From: Octopus sinensis
Lineage: Eukaryota
Assembly (NCBI RefSeq): GCF_006345805.1
Contig: NC_043014.1
Coordinates: 20,522,001 to 20,586,000 of the forward strand
Length of the DNA stretch: 64,000 bases
Direction: 5' to 3'
Within the stretch, counting starts at the first letter, position 1; each line of letters starts with the position of its first letter. Below the pieces are notes generated by a model, which saw only the letters and a list, made by a program, of their open reading frames with translations, did no database searches and had not been told where the DNA came from. Shown piece after piece: positions 37,918 to 50,930 of the stretch. The translations under genes were made by a program, and so were the position numbers.

Positions 37918-38070
37918 GACGGGCTTCTTTCAGTTTCTGTCCACCAAATCCATGCACAAGGCTTTGGTTGGACCGAGGCTGTAGTAGAATACACTTGCCC
38001 AAGGCACCACGCAGTGGGACCGAACCTGGAACCATGTAGTTGGGAAGCAAGCTTCTTACCAGGCAGCCAC
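37916..38070 (-). mobile_element. SINE family A head/body
   Basis: gacgggcttctttcagtttctgtccaccaaatcc...cacttgcccaaggcaccacgcagtgggaccgaacctggaacc. Confidence 0.85.
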
Positions 38071-38513
38071 TTCTCAAACACTCATAAAGAGCAGCACAAG
38101 CACAAACATGCATAATATAAGCATACCCACTCCCGCACACAGATGCATACAACTACAACAAAAAGACATCACTTCAATTTTTCATTGTTGACACACTTTT
38201 AGAGGGTGTTTTAAAAAAGAACACATAAACGAATCACTTTCCTTGACATGTGCACATGCAAAACTTTGCCAATTTCGCCTATTTTCTTCAGTATTTTATC
38301 TGAATTGCGGCGACGCAAATTTATGCAAATGACATCACTTGGAGCTGTGTCTTAATTATTTGCTTCAAAATTTCCATCGCGTTTATGCATAAATACTTTG
38401 AACTGAGATAACATTGCGATCAAATGTTTCAATGACGCCAAAAGCTATGCATCCCTGGCGTATGGTTCCTCAAGTTTTTGTAATGTTTGTTATCGTAATA
38501 TTATGAGTGACAG

Positions 38514-38770
38514 TGGAGGCACAATGGCCCAGTGGTTAGGGCAGCGGACTCGCAGTTGGAGGATCGCGGTTTCGATTCCCAGACCGAGCGTTGTGTGTGT
38601 TTTATTAAGTGAAAACACCACGAGGCTCCGGCAGGGGGGTGGCGACCCTTGTTGTATTCTTCCGCCCCAACTTTCTCTCACTCTTTCTTCCTGTTACTTG
38701 GGTAACGCTGCGATGGACAGGCGTCTCGTCCAGCTGGAGCGAACACATACGCCACAGAAACCGGGAAACC
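38514..38770 (+). mobile_element. SINE family C, internally deleted
   Basis: Head near-identical to 5532; body diverges after ~190 bp. Confidence 0.8.
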
Positions 38771-39020
38771 ATTTATGTATATATATGTATATATGGTTAT
38801 GTGTATGTATATATATATATATGTATGTGTGAAAATATTTATGTATATATATATATATATATCATATATATATACATACATACATAAATATACCCACACA
38901 TACATATGTACATATATATATTTATATATATATATATATATATATTATATAATATATATATATATGTATATATATGAATACATAATACATATATATATGT
39001 ATATGTATATACGTATACAC

Positions 39021-39052
<32 letters not shown>

Positions 39053-39836
39053 TGAAGTGCGCGAGTTCTTTTATTACATCATTTTACAATTCTTTCAATT
39101 GTAATTCGATCTCATGAACACTGCTCTATTATGCAACAATATATTTATGAGGTCACGAACTCAACTCATCAGAATTATATAGCAACGTTCATTTGAGTTG
39201 AAACATGAAATATCAATAATTTATACCTAACTAAGTTGGGCGTGTTTACATATTACAAGTGAGTCAAAACAAAACATACCACTGGTTAAAGAGTCACTAA
39301 AAACATGTAAAAGGACCAATACTTTTGTTTTCTATGGTATATCATAAATTATCGGCCTGTTAACAATTTGAATCTCAAGAATGTAAATTGATTTAATTAA
39401 AGTATTTGCCCACTGTATTTTCCAAGTTTCTTATGGTATAATCTGTGTATTTTTGTGTATTTTCAGGCATGTGTTTGTTTAATACAATTTCTGGGTAACC
39501 GTCTGTATGATAGCCTGTAGCTGCAGATGAGTTTAATAACGTAACCTTCAGGGTTAACACCCAAATAAAGGCATTATTATAGTAAAAGGTAGGTGAATGT
39601 CACAAGAATCTTCCGAGTGAATGAATCTATTCTAAGCATACGCCTGCTGACAAAGTGGGGAGGGTGCTTACTCTGGTAGTCAGGACTGTCGTGGATTTGT
39701 AGGATTTCCACAAGCGGTCCTAAGACTTCCTCTTTGGAGTAATTTTGTTGTTATAATAGATTGTTTTTCTTTCCCACATTCTATTTGTCCTGTGCTGTCC
39801 ACAATGTAAACTCTTTCTGATTAATAAAGAAAAGAT

Positions 39837-39914
<78 letters not shown>

Positions 39915-39916
<2 letters not shown>

Positions 39917-40325
39917 AGTGGCACTGGAGTACAAATATACGAAGCCCAATATATCCATCATGACTATCCGTCTGATAAGAGTACACCAGGCACCTGCATC
40001 ATATGTGCCCGACATGGTGATCTCTTATCAAGATAAACAGCAAGTGGGGCGCAGCTAGTTTTTTTTTCAGGCCGAGAAGCTCAGCATGCTCAAAAATTTT
40101 CTGAATAAATTTGTTTATGGATGATGAACAAAACACCTATGTTTCCAGAAGTGAATAAAGAATTACTCTCAGCACATGGCTATGTTTCCCCACTACTTCT
40201 GCCTGTGATCAGAGATGCACATATCATCAGCCACTAAGGGACATGCTAAACTACTGAGGGCCAAGCAACTGACAGGTAAATCTGTGGTATTAAGCAGAAT
40301 ATTTGCTGTAGCCCACCTTTTTCAC
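39915..40325 (-). mobile_element. SINE family D, truncated
   Basis: Homologous to 30164-30600; tail is (AGT)n on the + strand at 39837-39914. Confidence 0.8.
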
Positions 40326-40328
40326 CAA

Positions 40329-40367
<39 letters not shown>

Positions 40368-41037
40368 AATATATATATATAGAGAGAGAGAGAGATACAC
40401 ACACACACACACGCACACACATACACACACGCACGCACATATATATATATATATATATATATATGCATACATATAAATGTAAGATCCAGGGATCGAGGTG
40501 TAGGAAGGAAGTTAGCTACAAGCAATCCGTAGTAAATATATAAAAACAACCTTCAGGAAAAATAATGATTTACTGAGACGGAAGGTTTTGGATTTATTTT
40601 CGTCTCGAAAAACGATCAGCTGAAACAAAGTTTTTTCTTATATTCCACGGTAGGCGACCAGGGTTGCCGGGTATGCGAATAAGAGTACTAGAGTTACGGA
40701 ATGGAGTAGGTAAGATCCGGCTTAAATACGTTACATAGCGGGCTGACTCTCAGAAGAGGTAAAAATCCAAGCAAGGTGTATACTTCCAGCTACTATTCAG
40801 GCCAAGAATATTTGATTAAATTAAAGGTTACATTGACGCAAGGATGTACATGTTAGCGCATGGAAGATTCAATCAGAATGTACTGAGAGCATAGTATGAG
40901 AGGAGTATATTAATGCAGGGATAAATAAGTATTAGATTAAGATCGAAAAAAGGGGGAAAGAAGAAAATATAAGGGAGTGAGAGGAAGGAAGGATTTGAGC
41001 AAGGTCACTTGAATGGTACATTTCTGTGCGTGTGTGC

Positions 41038-41089
<52 letters not shown>

Positions 41090-41289
41090 TGACGAAAACA
41101 TATATTAATAGAGATGCAAGGCCGGAAAAAGCCGATGAATCGAGCGGGCTTAATAAATGAGGCAGCGGAAATTGCCGAAACTGGTTTCAGTATAAAGAAT
41201 TCTCGATCAGCATTGTTCGGACGATTCAGGTCCCTGTTAGAGTTTATGCTTTCATTCATATTTATGACTGACTGCTAAATTTACAAGTT

Positions 41290-41444
41290 TTATATTCTCT
41301 CTCTGTTTATTTACTCGTGTTCCTTTCTATTGAAGAGCGTAAGCTCGAAACGTAAAAAAATTTCTGACCTTCCCGAGCGTAAAACTAATACACCTGCTTG
41401 TTGTTTGTACACCTGTCTTCGTCTTTGTTTTCTGTGAATTCCAA

Positions 41445-41445
<1 letters not shown>
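41290..41445 (+). mobile_element. PLE-end family E with hammerhead-like motif
   Basis: cttt-ctattga-a-gagc-gtaa-gctc-gaaa-cgta-aaaaa at 41323-41359. Confidence 0.65.
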
Positions 41446-41491
<46 letters not shown>

Positions 41492-42181
41492 GATATATAT
41501 ATAATGATTGACAACGCAACGATCCCTCCACGTCAGCCAGAGACATGAGAGTGCCAATTTTTGGCCGAATTCATCAAAGACAAGAGGACACACTGCATAT
41601 ATATATATCCGAGCGAGAAAATTGTCAATTATTTGACATACTCTGGTGTACTCATGTTACATTTGGCATAGGAAATACAGCGAGCCAAAAATTGGTCCGT
41701 TGGCAACTGGTAACAAACGTCGCTATTGTTCACAAAATGCATGACATATAGATAGATACTTACAAACAAAAAAATTAGGTAAAAGCTTGCCTATACAACC
41801 ACCGCCATCAGCGACACATTCTTCATAAAAGAAAATTGTAAAGTGTTCTGTCAACGAAATGTAAATGTACGTCATATTTGCAGCGAAGGAATCTAAACTA
41901 TATTATTCAGGTATGACATGGTATTTCACACATATGTATGGCATTTATTATTCCATCATCCGCATGGTATTTCTGAAGAAACGCATATGTGGATGTATAT
42001 ATCTTTGTTGTGTGTGAATGTTTCTGCATTAATGTGTATGCATGTACGTATTTATATACATATACATATACATATACGTATATATACGTACACATATGCT
42101 TATGTATATATATATATTTATTTATTTATATATATATATAGGTGTATATGTTTATATGTATGTATATGTATGCACACACAT

Positions 42182-42218
<37 letters not shown>

Positions 42219-43688
42219 ATATATATATATATATATCTATATATATATATATACATACAAGCATATATATACATCGTAGATACAATATATGTATGTGCAT
42301 ATATATTTTAGGGCTAAAATATGTAACATCGTCCTAAGCAGGACTGCCAATTTTCGTTGGCAAATAGATTTTACTCTATAGCACTGTTGTCTTCCTGTTT
42401 ACAAGATCAGTGACTGTGTGTTAGGTAATAATCCGATTATATAACCTTGTGCTCCTCAGAGTAAACCGATATGGAAGGGAATGTGTCGACTGCTCTCTAT
42501 TGTCTGAGGTGAATTGGCACATTCAGTTTGCGGTTACTATGAAAAAGATAGTGAAACAAAACGGGCAACAGATTAGGTTAGGACTCTTAGACGGCTCACT
42601 TATGTGTGTGTGTGAGTGAGTGTGTGTGAAATATATCACATATCTACGTGTGATATAATCGTATGTGTTCTAATACACACACACATATACACACGTACAC
42701 TTACGCACGTATCTGAATTTATGTTTTTGTAAAATTTTCCCTATGTTGTGCTTTAGTTAAATTTTAAAAACATTATTTATGTAACGCTACGCACTCCTGA
42801 CGTTTTTACTCACATGTAAAATATTCTTCGAATATTCTTTGTACGACGCCTATTTTTGTCTTTTTTCTCTTTCTTCGACTGTCTTTGGCCTTCCTTCCTC
42901 TCTCTTTCTTTCCTTTTCCCTTCTTCTTCCTTCATTCTGTCTTTCAATTTGTCCTTCTCTTGTCTCCAGTCATACAGGACATTTCCATTTTCATTTGCGT
43001 TACTTCATAGCTATCTGTCTTGCGGCGGTATGTTTTTTTCTTTTTCTTGTATATGTATATTTTATTTTGACGTATTTGTTTTCGTAAATGCCCTGTATGT
43101 TCGTTAGCTATTCCCAGTGACATCTCCACGGGCACCACCAACCGTGAACAATATCAACGTTAAAGACACGAAATTGTAATGATCTTTTGGATGTTCATTG
43201 ATGAGGAATTAGGTACGAATTTTCTGTTATGTTTTTGCAAAATTTTCCTATATATATATATAGGGTTAATCCAAACAAGAAAACACAAAAAAAACACAAC
43301 AACGCGAGGACGTGGAACAAATATAGTATTATTGGACGCTCAGATATATACATACATATGCAGACGATGCCTATCTATATGTATATCGTCATAATATAGT
43401 ATAGATTTTCTGATTAATCTTCAGGAATGGAAATGTTGCATTTATTGTTTTCTCTTTTGTTTTGTTTTTTTAATTTATCTCTTTTTATTTGTACATTGAT
43501 TGCCTTTTTCCTATATGTCAACAAACAGGGCAAAATCACATATAGGAGGAGTGATATGAAATCCCACCACCCTGATGAAATCAACCAAGAGGAATCATAC
43601 GGGAAGGTGAGAAATTTGGTGATGCTCCAGCATGGCCACAGCCGCATGGCTGAAACACATAAGAGAATAAAAGAATATATATGTGTGC

Positions 43689-43727
<39 letters not shown>

Positions 43728-43949
43728 CGAACACCACGCATCCTTTTCCAAGTAAGTTTTATTTTAATAATTACGATGCGCACTCTTCTATCTCTACTCT
43801 CTCTCTCCCTCTCTTGTTCTTCATCCTTTCTGGTTTTCTCTCCCACCCTTTCTCTCTTCTTTTCCTTTCCTCTTCACCGTTCCCTCTCTCTCACTCCTCC
43901 TCCTCGACTCTCTCGTCGCTGACACGTGACGAAAGAGAATCTATCTTTC

Positions 43950-44395
43950 TGCTCACTACCTTCCTAAAGACCACACATGCTTATACTGTTTCCTATCATA
44001 AGCTCGTCTTCCTAGCGTTCATAATAATTTTTCTATTGTTTTGGCTTAACAGCCCTCACGTTTTGTTTTTAGTATTTTGTTCTCACTGTCCTGTTCTTGT
44101 TATCAATTTCACCCTCCGCAAAAAATCATAAATTTTATTTAATTTGCTTTGCCGGAAGGACTGTTTCAATGAAGCCACGTATTGTCCTTATCTTCGTAAC
44201 GCGGAGTAGATGAAACAGGGACAACCGAAGAAGGGGAATATTCTTTATGTTGCATGACTCGTTTCTCTGTTTGGTTGGGTTTTTTTCGTTGTTCCAAAAA
44301 GAAGTTCGTATCTATGTTTTTGTTTTTATGTTTTCGTTTCTCATTGTATTCAACGTTTGATGTACTGTACTCATATATGCATGTATATATACATA
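43950..44395. mobile_element. Repeat family G (inverted homolog of 53815-54260)
   Basis: ggcttaacagccc..ctccgcaaaaa..ttatttaatttgctttgccggaaggactgttt..aacgcggagtagatgaaacagggacaa shared in reverse complement. Confidence 0.75.
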
Positions 44396-44467
44396 TATAT
44401 TATTTATATTATATATAGATAGATATATGTATATATGTATATATATGCATATATGTATGTATGTATG

Positions 44468-44547
<80 letters not shown>

Positions 44548-45037
44548 GTGTGTGTGTGTATGTGTGTGTATGTTTGTATGTACGTATGTATATATATATA
44601 TCCATTCACCTTTCGTTTCCCTTTCCATTTATTGTACTTACTCTTCCATATTTTTACTTGTCTTTCAACCACTGCTCTAATATCTCTGCATCCATATTAC
44701 CATTGTTTTTTTTTGTTGCTATTCATGATATTACTACTGTTGTTGTTCTTGCTGTACTTGTTACCGTTGTAGCTCTTACTAATGTTATTTGGGTTGATGT
44801 TGGTCTAATATTTACCGCTGTAAGAAGCAAGTCTTTTTAAGCAGCATGTCTTTGGTTGCTATAATTGTCTTCGCGTACTTAAGTTATATGTTTGATGTGT
44901 ATATTTTATTGCTATAATATCAGGGAAAGTGGATTAATTGCGGTTGAGAGTGAGGAGATGAATTAGAAAGCTTAATCGTTTCACATACACACACTTTCAC
45001 ACATTTCGTACATGTGCATGCACACACACACATATGA

Positions 45038-45095
<58 letters not shown>

Positions 45096-46066
45096 GTATT
45101 TATATATATATTCATATATAAAAACATATAAATACATATACATACATACACACACACACACGCATATATATTCCACATTTAAGGGCAATTGTATTTGTTT
45201 CTGCATTCACGGCAGAAATTCCTATTTACCTGGCTACCAAGGTGATAGTAGGAGATGATTCCCATAATCATTGTGAGCCAAACAGGCAGAAAGATAATGC
45301 AAATCTCTTGTGTACAGAAAATAATTATTCGAATATCTATGCTAATTACAACATATACAGCAACAAAAACAACAATGGCGACGACGACAACAATAAGATT
45401 AAGACAGTACTAAGATTCATCTCGAAAATAGTTATGAAGATACATGTGAGTGTTGACAGGAACCATCCATGAACCAGTGAAGAAGCATCTATTTAGACTC
45501 TCAACCTTATAGGAATAGCAATCAAATCTCCATTAACTCGCAGGCTACAATCTTAAAAATGGATAAATACATTGGATAATGTAGTCTAAGACTATGATTG
45601 AAAACCTTGACAGGATATTAATGACAGGGGTACAGGTCTGCTAAATACTACATGATTTCTTAATAGGTACAGCTAAATGTCTCGATATATATCAAGCTCA
45701 TATTTCCTCACAGTTCATCGGTGTAAGAACAAGGGTGTATGTATTCATTTCGCTAAACTAAGTATGTCTGAAATCGCCATGTCTGAAGTTCCCCCCTTGT
45801 TTTTGTCTTTCCCGTGAGTAAGGACATGGACGCTAAAATTTTGAGGGAAATATTAATTACATTAGTCTCACCTGCTTAGGGAGATCTGTGATGACCTTAG
45901 GCACTGTCTCTTTTCTTCAAACCAGGTAAATGAAAACAGGAAAAAAGTTCATCACATCAAAATGCATTTTTAACAAAGTCTCATAATAGGAAAGTGTGTT
46001 AAATGTTCTGTTTTGAGTTTTCTCCTGTATTTCAACTGTATTTCAACCACTACGCAATATGCCCAT

Positions 46067-46370
46067 GGACATATGGCGTAGTGGTTAAGAGCGCGGGCTA
46101 CTAACCCCAAGATTCCGAGTTCGATTCCCGGCAGTGACCTGAATATTAATAATAATAATAATAATGATGATGATGATAATAACAACAACAACAATAACAA
46201 CATCGAAAATACCATAGGAATGAAAACACAGGTTCGAAATTTCCCCAAGACACCTGATGAAGGCTGGAGTGTACATCAACCGAAACGTTGTGTTAACAAG
46301 AAACAAGATCCGTCAATTGTAAATAATGTACGTAATTCCTCATCTCTTAAATATAGAACTGTATTAACTT
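46067..46370 (+). mobile_element. tRNA-headed short element carrying a canonical-core minimal hammerhead
   Basis: A-box tggcgtagtgg (46074-46084), B-box gttcgattcc (46119-46128), AAT-rich spacer, then gacac-CTGATGA-a-ggctgg..tcaacc-GAAA-cGTT-gtgtt (46249-46294). Confidence 0.65.
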
Positions 46371-46452
46371 TTTTAAAGATGGGTATGTAACAGTACTCTG
46401 CCTTGCGTTCTAATGTCTTGTTCACACATGATATATAATAATTATTATTATT

Positions 46453-46546
46453 AAGTCTGGGAATTGAAACCGCGATACTACGACCGCGAGTCCGCTGCGC
46501 TAACCACTGGGCCATTACGCCTCCACATGTTTCCAGACTTAATAAT

Positions 46547-46586
<40 letters not shown>

Positions 46587-46610
46587 TATTAAGTCTGGGA
46601 ACATGTGGAG
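46453..46610 (-). mobile_element. Truncated SINE family C head with adjacent 31-bp fold-back
   Basis: Head 46525->46453; arms 46521-46551 and 46580-46610 have one mismatch. Confidence 0.8.
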
Positions 46611-47179
46611 ACTGTCTTGTCTACTAATAAATGTCTACAATATACAGACCTATAAAATAGCATAATTCCGTGCTATCGTACGAACCCCGGCTAAAATCAA
46701 GAACACTCACTGTGTTGACATATTTTCTTTTTTACGCAGATAGAGTCATCAAGCTGAAGAGTAATATTTTTCCTAGCACGGAGTATATTTTCAGTGTCCC
46801 TTCAATGGTGTCACAGATCTCAGTGAATTTCAACGCTGCAGGAGTGTCTTAGAGATGGAGAGGTAAAATCCAATAAACATAATGGTGTCTGTTCTTAGCA
46901 CTAATGTAGTTGAAACTGTCTTTGATTGCATGGCTCTTCTATTTTTCTATTGCTGAACCTAAATTGCTACTCTTGCAATATCGTTAATTTTGCTAATATT
47001 TTCACAAGATCTCGGATTTGGTGGTGTGAATTACATTAAAATAAGCATCAAAGGTGAAGCTTTCATTTTGTGTGATCGTTGAGTATGATAAAGCATGTTT
47101 GGTTAGTGTTTATAGTCTGGTATCAACTATTTAATACAGGTGCTATATTCCCTGTCTTATTATTAATGACATTATATAA

Positions 47180-47370
47180 GGCGGTAAGCTGATAGCATTG
47201 TTAACACACCAGGCAAAATTCCTAGCGGCATTTCGTCCGTCTTTACGTTGTGAGATTAAATTCCGCCGAGATCGACTTTAACTTTTATCATTTGGGGGTC
47301 GATAAAAAAAAGTACCAGTTGATCACTGGCACCGATGTAATCGACTTACAACCACCTACGAAATTTGAAG
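47180..47370 (+). mobile_element. SINE family B
   Basis: ggcggtaagctgatagcattgttaacacaccaggcaaaattcctagcggcatttcgtccgtctttacg...ggggtcgataaaaaaaagtaccag. Confidence 0.85.
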
Positions 47371-47378
47371 TCGTTATA

Positions 47379-47665
47379 TCTCTTATTATAAAAGGCAGAT
47401 TTTATCTGCCTCCCTTTGGGAGTTATAGAAATCTACAATATAGGATTTCTTCAATTACAATTTACCTAGCATTTTTAAGAGTACAATGCATCGCGTCATG
47501 CCAGGTCCAGTTTTTAAAATTTAAACTCCAATTAAGCAAAATTTACAGAAAACTCACATTCTGGTGTGTGTGTCAAATGCTTTTCTTAGTCTGGTTTACA
47601 CCACACGCAAACGCACACACACAGTGGGCAACGAATAAAATGAAAGTAAATAGCGACAGAGTGAT
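47379..47665 (+). mobile_element. Probable Helitron 5' segment, type H-A copy 1
   Basis: TC start (tctcttattataaaaggcagattttatctgcc); ~280 bp homologous to 49174-49450. Confidence 0.55.
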
Positions 47666-48067
47666 TTGAGGAAGACTAAAGTGAAAGTATTCTGTCTATG
47701 ACGCTGATAGATACATGAGTAAAATGTATGGGAAGCTAAGAGCTAAGAGTGAGTGAAAATGTTCTTGGAAGAGAGTAATTAGTAATAAAGTAAACATACA
47801 CTCATACATACATACATACATACATACATACATACATACAAACACACACACACACATACACACACACATACACACACACATACATACATACACACATACA
47901 TACATACATATACATACATATACATACATACATACACACACACACATACACACACACACAGTATTGAAGCTTGAGAACAATCAGATACATTTGCAACACA
48001 TCTGTTGAAAATATTATTGTTCACACACATACATATACATATATACATACAGACAGACAGACAGATA

Positions 48068-48105
<38 letters not shown>

Positions 48106-48159
48106 ATCCAGCATGGCCACAACCTCAAGGCTGAAACATATAAAAGAATAACAGAATAT

Positions 48160-48530
48160 AAATGTGTGCAAAGTACAAGAAATATTAATGCAGTATATGG
48201 GGATTGGACAATAAGCGTAAGGCAGTGTCAATGGTGGTTCCAGAAATCCCGAGCCATAAACTACAGCCTAGAAGACGAGCCTCATCCTGAAAGATCTGTA
48301 GAACTCGACAAGGACATCCTGAAAACCCTGGTGGAACAAAATATCATCGTAACTGTTGAGGAACTAGCAGAGAAGCTTGGATTTGGTCATTCAACCATTC
48401 ATTGACACCTGTGTGCTATCGGAAAAGTCAGCAAATTGGGTCAATGGGTTCCTCACGAACTTTCCGAGTCTAATTGCATGCAGAGAGTGAATGTATGCTT
48501 TTCTTTGCTGTCATATCTCACCACTACTGC
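48160..48530 (+). pseudogene. Mariner transposase N-terminal (HTH) fragment
   Basis: 'STRNINAVYGDWTISVRQCQWWFQK..SLEDEPHPERSVELDKDILKTLVEQN..TVEELAEKLGFGHSTIH*HLCAIGKVSKLGQWVPHEL' with the diagnostic WVPHEL motif; one in-frame stop; truncated at the Helitron insertion. Confidence 0.88.
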
Positions 48531-48540
48531 GCTATGTATA

Positions 48541-49173
48541 TCTATATATATAAAACTGTAGTTGTGTGAGTGTCTGTCCCCTTCGATTTAGATTCCTAAC
48601 TACTCCCACATTTTGCGGTACAGTTTAACCAAATTCGGGTAGCTTATAGTCGTGATTCATATCGAGCCCGTCTGAATATTAGCGCGCATCTACGATGAGT
48701 CTACGATTTTAAAAATAATTTAACATCATTTTTTATTCCATTTTAATGCATAATTTTTCGTGTGTCGATGGCGGCGGAGTTGACGTCCACGCTCACACCT
48801 GCACCTGTGGGGAAGGGAGTGTAAGGAAATCAACGTCGTAATGCGTTGTCAAGGAGACCAGTGTTCTTTTAGAACAACGACTTCATGGCTTGAAGACACC
48901 AAAACAGAAATGGCTAAGAAAGCGTCTACATGAGTCTACGATTGAAAAAAAAAATTACCATCGTTTTTTTCCATTTTAATGCATTTTTTCGCTATTATAT
49001 AAGGGAAGTAACTCTCTAAAAATGTCTACGATGAGTCAACGATTTAAAAAAAATTACCATCATATTTTTTCCATTTTAATGCATTTTTTGCTATTTTTTG
49101 GCTATAACTCTCTAAAAATGCTTATATAGTTATTTCCCTTACAAACCCGAGCAACGCCGGGCGATACTGCTAG
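48541..49173 (+). mobile_element. Non-autonomous Helitron H-B (633 bp)
   Basis: A|TCTATATATATAAAA 5' end; 3' hairpin cccgagcaacgccggg (49146-49161), 8 nt, then CTAG|T; three internal copies of ctac..gagtc(t/a)acgatt..aaaa..ccatc..ttttccattttaatgc. Confidence 0.85.
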
Positions 49174-49654
49174 TCTTATTATAAAAGGCAGATTTTATCT
49201 GCCTCCCTTTGTCTCTTATAGAAATCTACAATATAGGATTTCTTCAATTACAATTTACGTAGCATTTTTAAGAGTAGAATGCATCGGGTCGTGCCAGGTC
49301 CAGTTTTTAAAATTTGAACCCCAATTAAGCAAAATTTAGAGAAAACTCACATTGTGGTGTATAAGTCAAATGCTTTTCTTAGTGTGGGCTACAGCACACG
49401 CACACGCACACACACAGTGTGCAACGATTAAAGTGAAAGTAATTCACTTTTTGTAGTGAGTGACTCTTTCACTCTGCATTCCCACTTCCTATTTACACAC
49501 ATAGACACGCAAATATATAAATAAAATTGTAAGCTAACGTGTGTGTGTGTGTGTGCGTGTGTGTGAGTGTGTGTGTGTGTGTGTGCGTGTGTGTGTGTGT
49601 GAGGGTGCGTGTGTGTGTGTGTGTGTGTGTGCGTGTGCGTGAGTGTGTGACAGG

Positions 49655-50171
49655 AAAGTTTTTTAGGACGAATATAAGACCTAAAGTATATACAAGTAGC
49701 AGAAAGATCGCCCAAAAGTGCATATAGATATTTAAATGGATTTATATATTCATCTACACACAGATGTATGTATAATGTGTGTGTATATATTTCCATAGAG
49801 GTAACCTTTCACTCCATACAAAGTTTTTTAGGACTAATATAAGATCTAAAGTTATCTCTAAGTAGCACAAAGATCGCCCAAAAGTGTATATAGATATATA
49901 AATGTATTTATATATTCATCTATGCACACATGTATGTATAACGTGTGTGTATATATTTCCATAGAGGTAACCATTCACTCCATACAAAGTTTTTTAGGAC
50001 GAAAATAAGATCTAAAGTTATCTCTAAGAAACAGAAAGATCGCCCAAAAGTGTATATAGATATTTAAATGCATTTATATATTCATCTATACACACATGTA
50101 TGTATAATGTGCGTGTATATATTTCTATAGAGGTAACCATTCAATCCATACAAAGTTTTTTAGGACGAAAA
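49655..50171 (+). repeat. ~165-bp tandem repeat, 3 units plus a partial fourth
   Basis: aaagttttttaggac starts at 49655, 49820, 49986 and 50152. Confidence 0.92.
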
Positions 50172-50419
50172 TATTTATATATAAAAGAAAGGTTGTGTGC
50201 CTGTCTACTCCGATTTAGATTCCTAACTACTCCCACATTTTGCGATGCAGTTTAACCAAAACCGGGTATCTTATAGTCGTGATTCATATAGAGCCTTTCT
50301 GGGTATTAGCGCGCGTCTACGATGAGTCTATGATTTTACAAATAATTTACCATCATTTTTTCCATTTTAATGCATATTTTTTTTAATAAAGGGAAGTAAC
50401 TCTCAAACTTCACACCAAT

Positions 50420-50930
50420 ATGCGTGCTCATATGCGACGTAATATCACATCAGCAGCATTTCCTCACACCCTCCTTGCACTTGGCGAAGGCAGAATACCA
50501 GGGGATGAAAATGGTAATATTGCCATCGATTCCATTTGTACCATTGTTAAGACGCCTTCTGATCTCAGTTTGCAGTGTTACCAGATCTACAAGCTAATTA
50601 TCAGAATATGGATTGGATTGGATTGGCAAAAAGGCTATACTGGCCCCGAGGAATAAAACTGTTCACTATATTAATGATGAAATGCTAAAACTCATTCCTG
50701 GGGAAGTCTATGTATATCAGTCTATCGATACAACTCCTGACCCAGAGGACGTCATCAACTATCCAATAGAGGTACTCAATTCCTTTGAGCACCCCGGACT
50801 ACCACCACACTTTCTCAAACGTAAAGTTGGTGCCCCTATAATGCTCATCAGAAATTTGGTTCCCCCAAAACAATGCAATGGCACACGTTTGATCGTTAAG
50901 TCCTTATCTCCCACCGTAAACTTATATCAA
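50420..50930 (+). pseudogene. Helitron PIF1-family helicase fragment (frameshifted)
   Basis: 'HMR..AAFPHTLLALGEG' then 'KAILAPRNKTVHYIN..IPGEVYVYQSID..YPIEVLNSFEHPGLPPHFLKRKVGAPIMLIRNLVPPKQCNGTRLIV', typical Helitron helicase motifs. Confidence 0.92.

Noticed and set aside
49655-50171. CRISPR-like arrays (also 59136-59440 and 32144-32192)
   Set aside because: Contiguous tandem units with no unique spacers, eukaryotic context and no cas genes.
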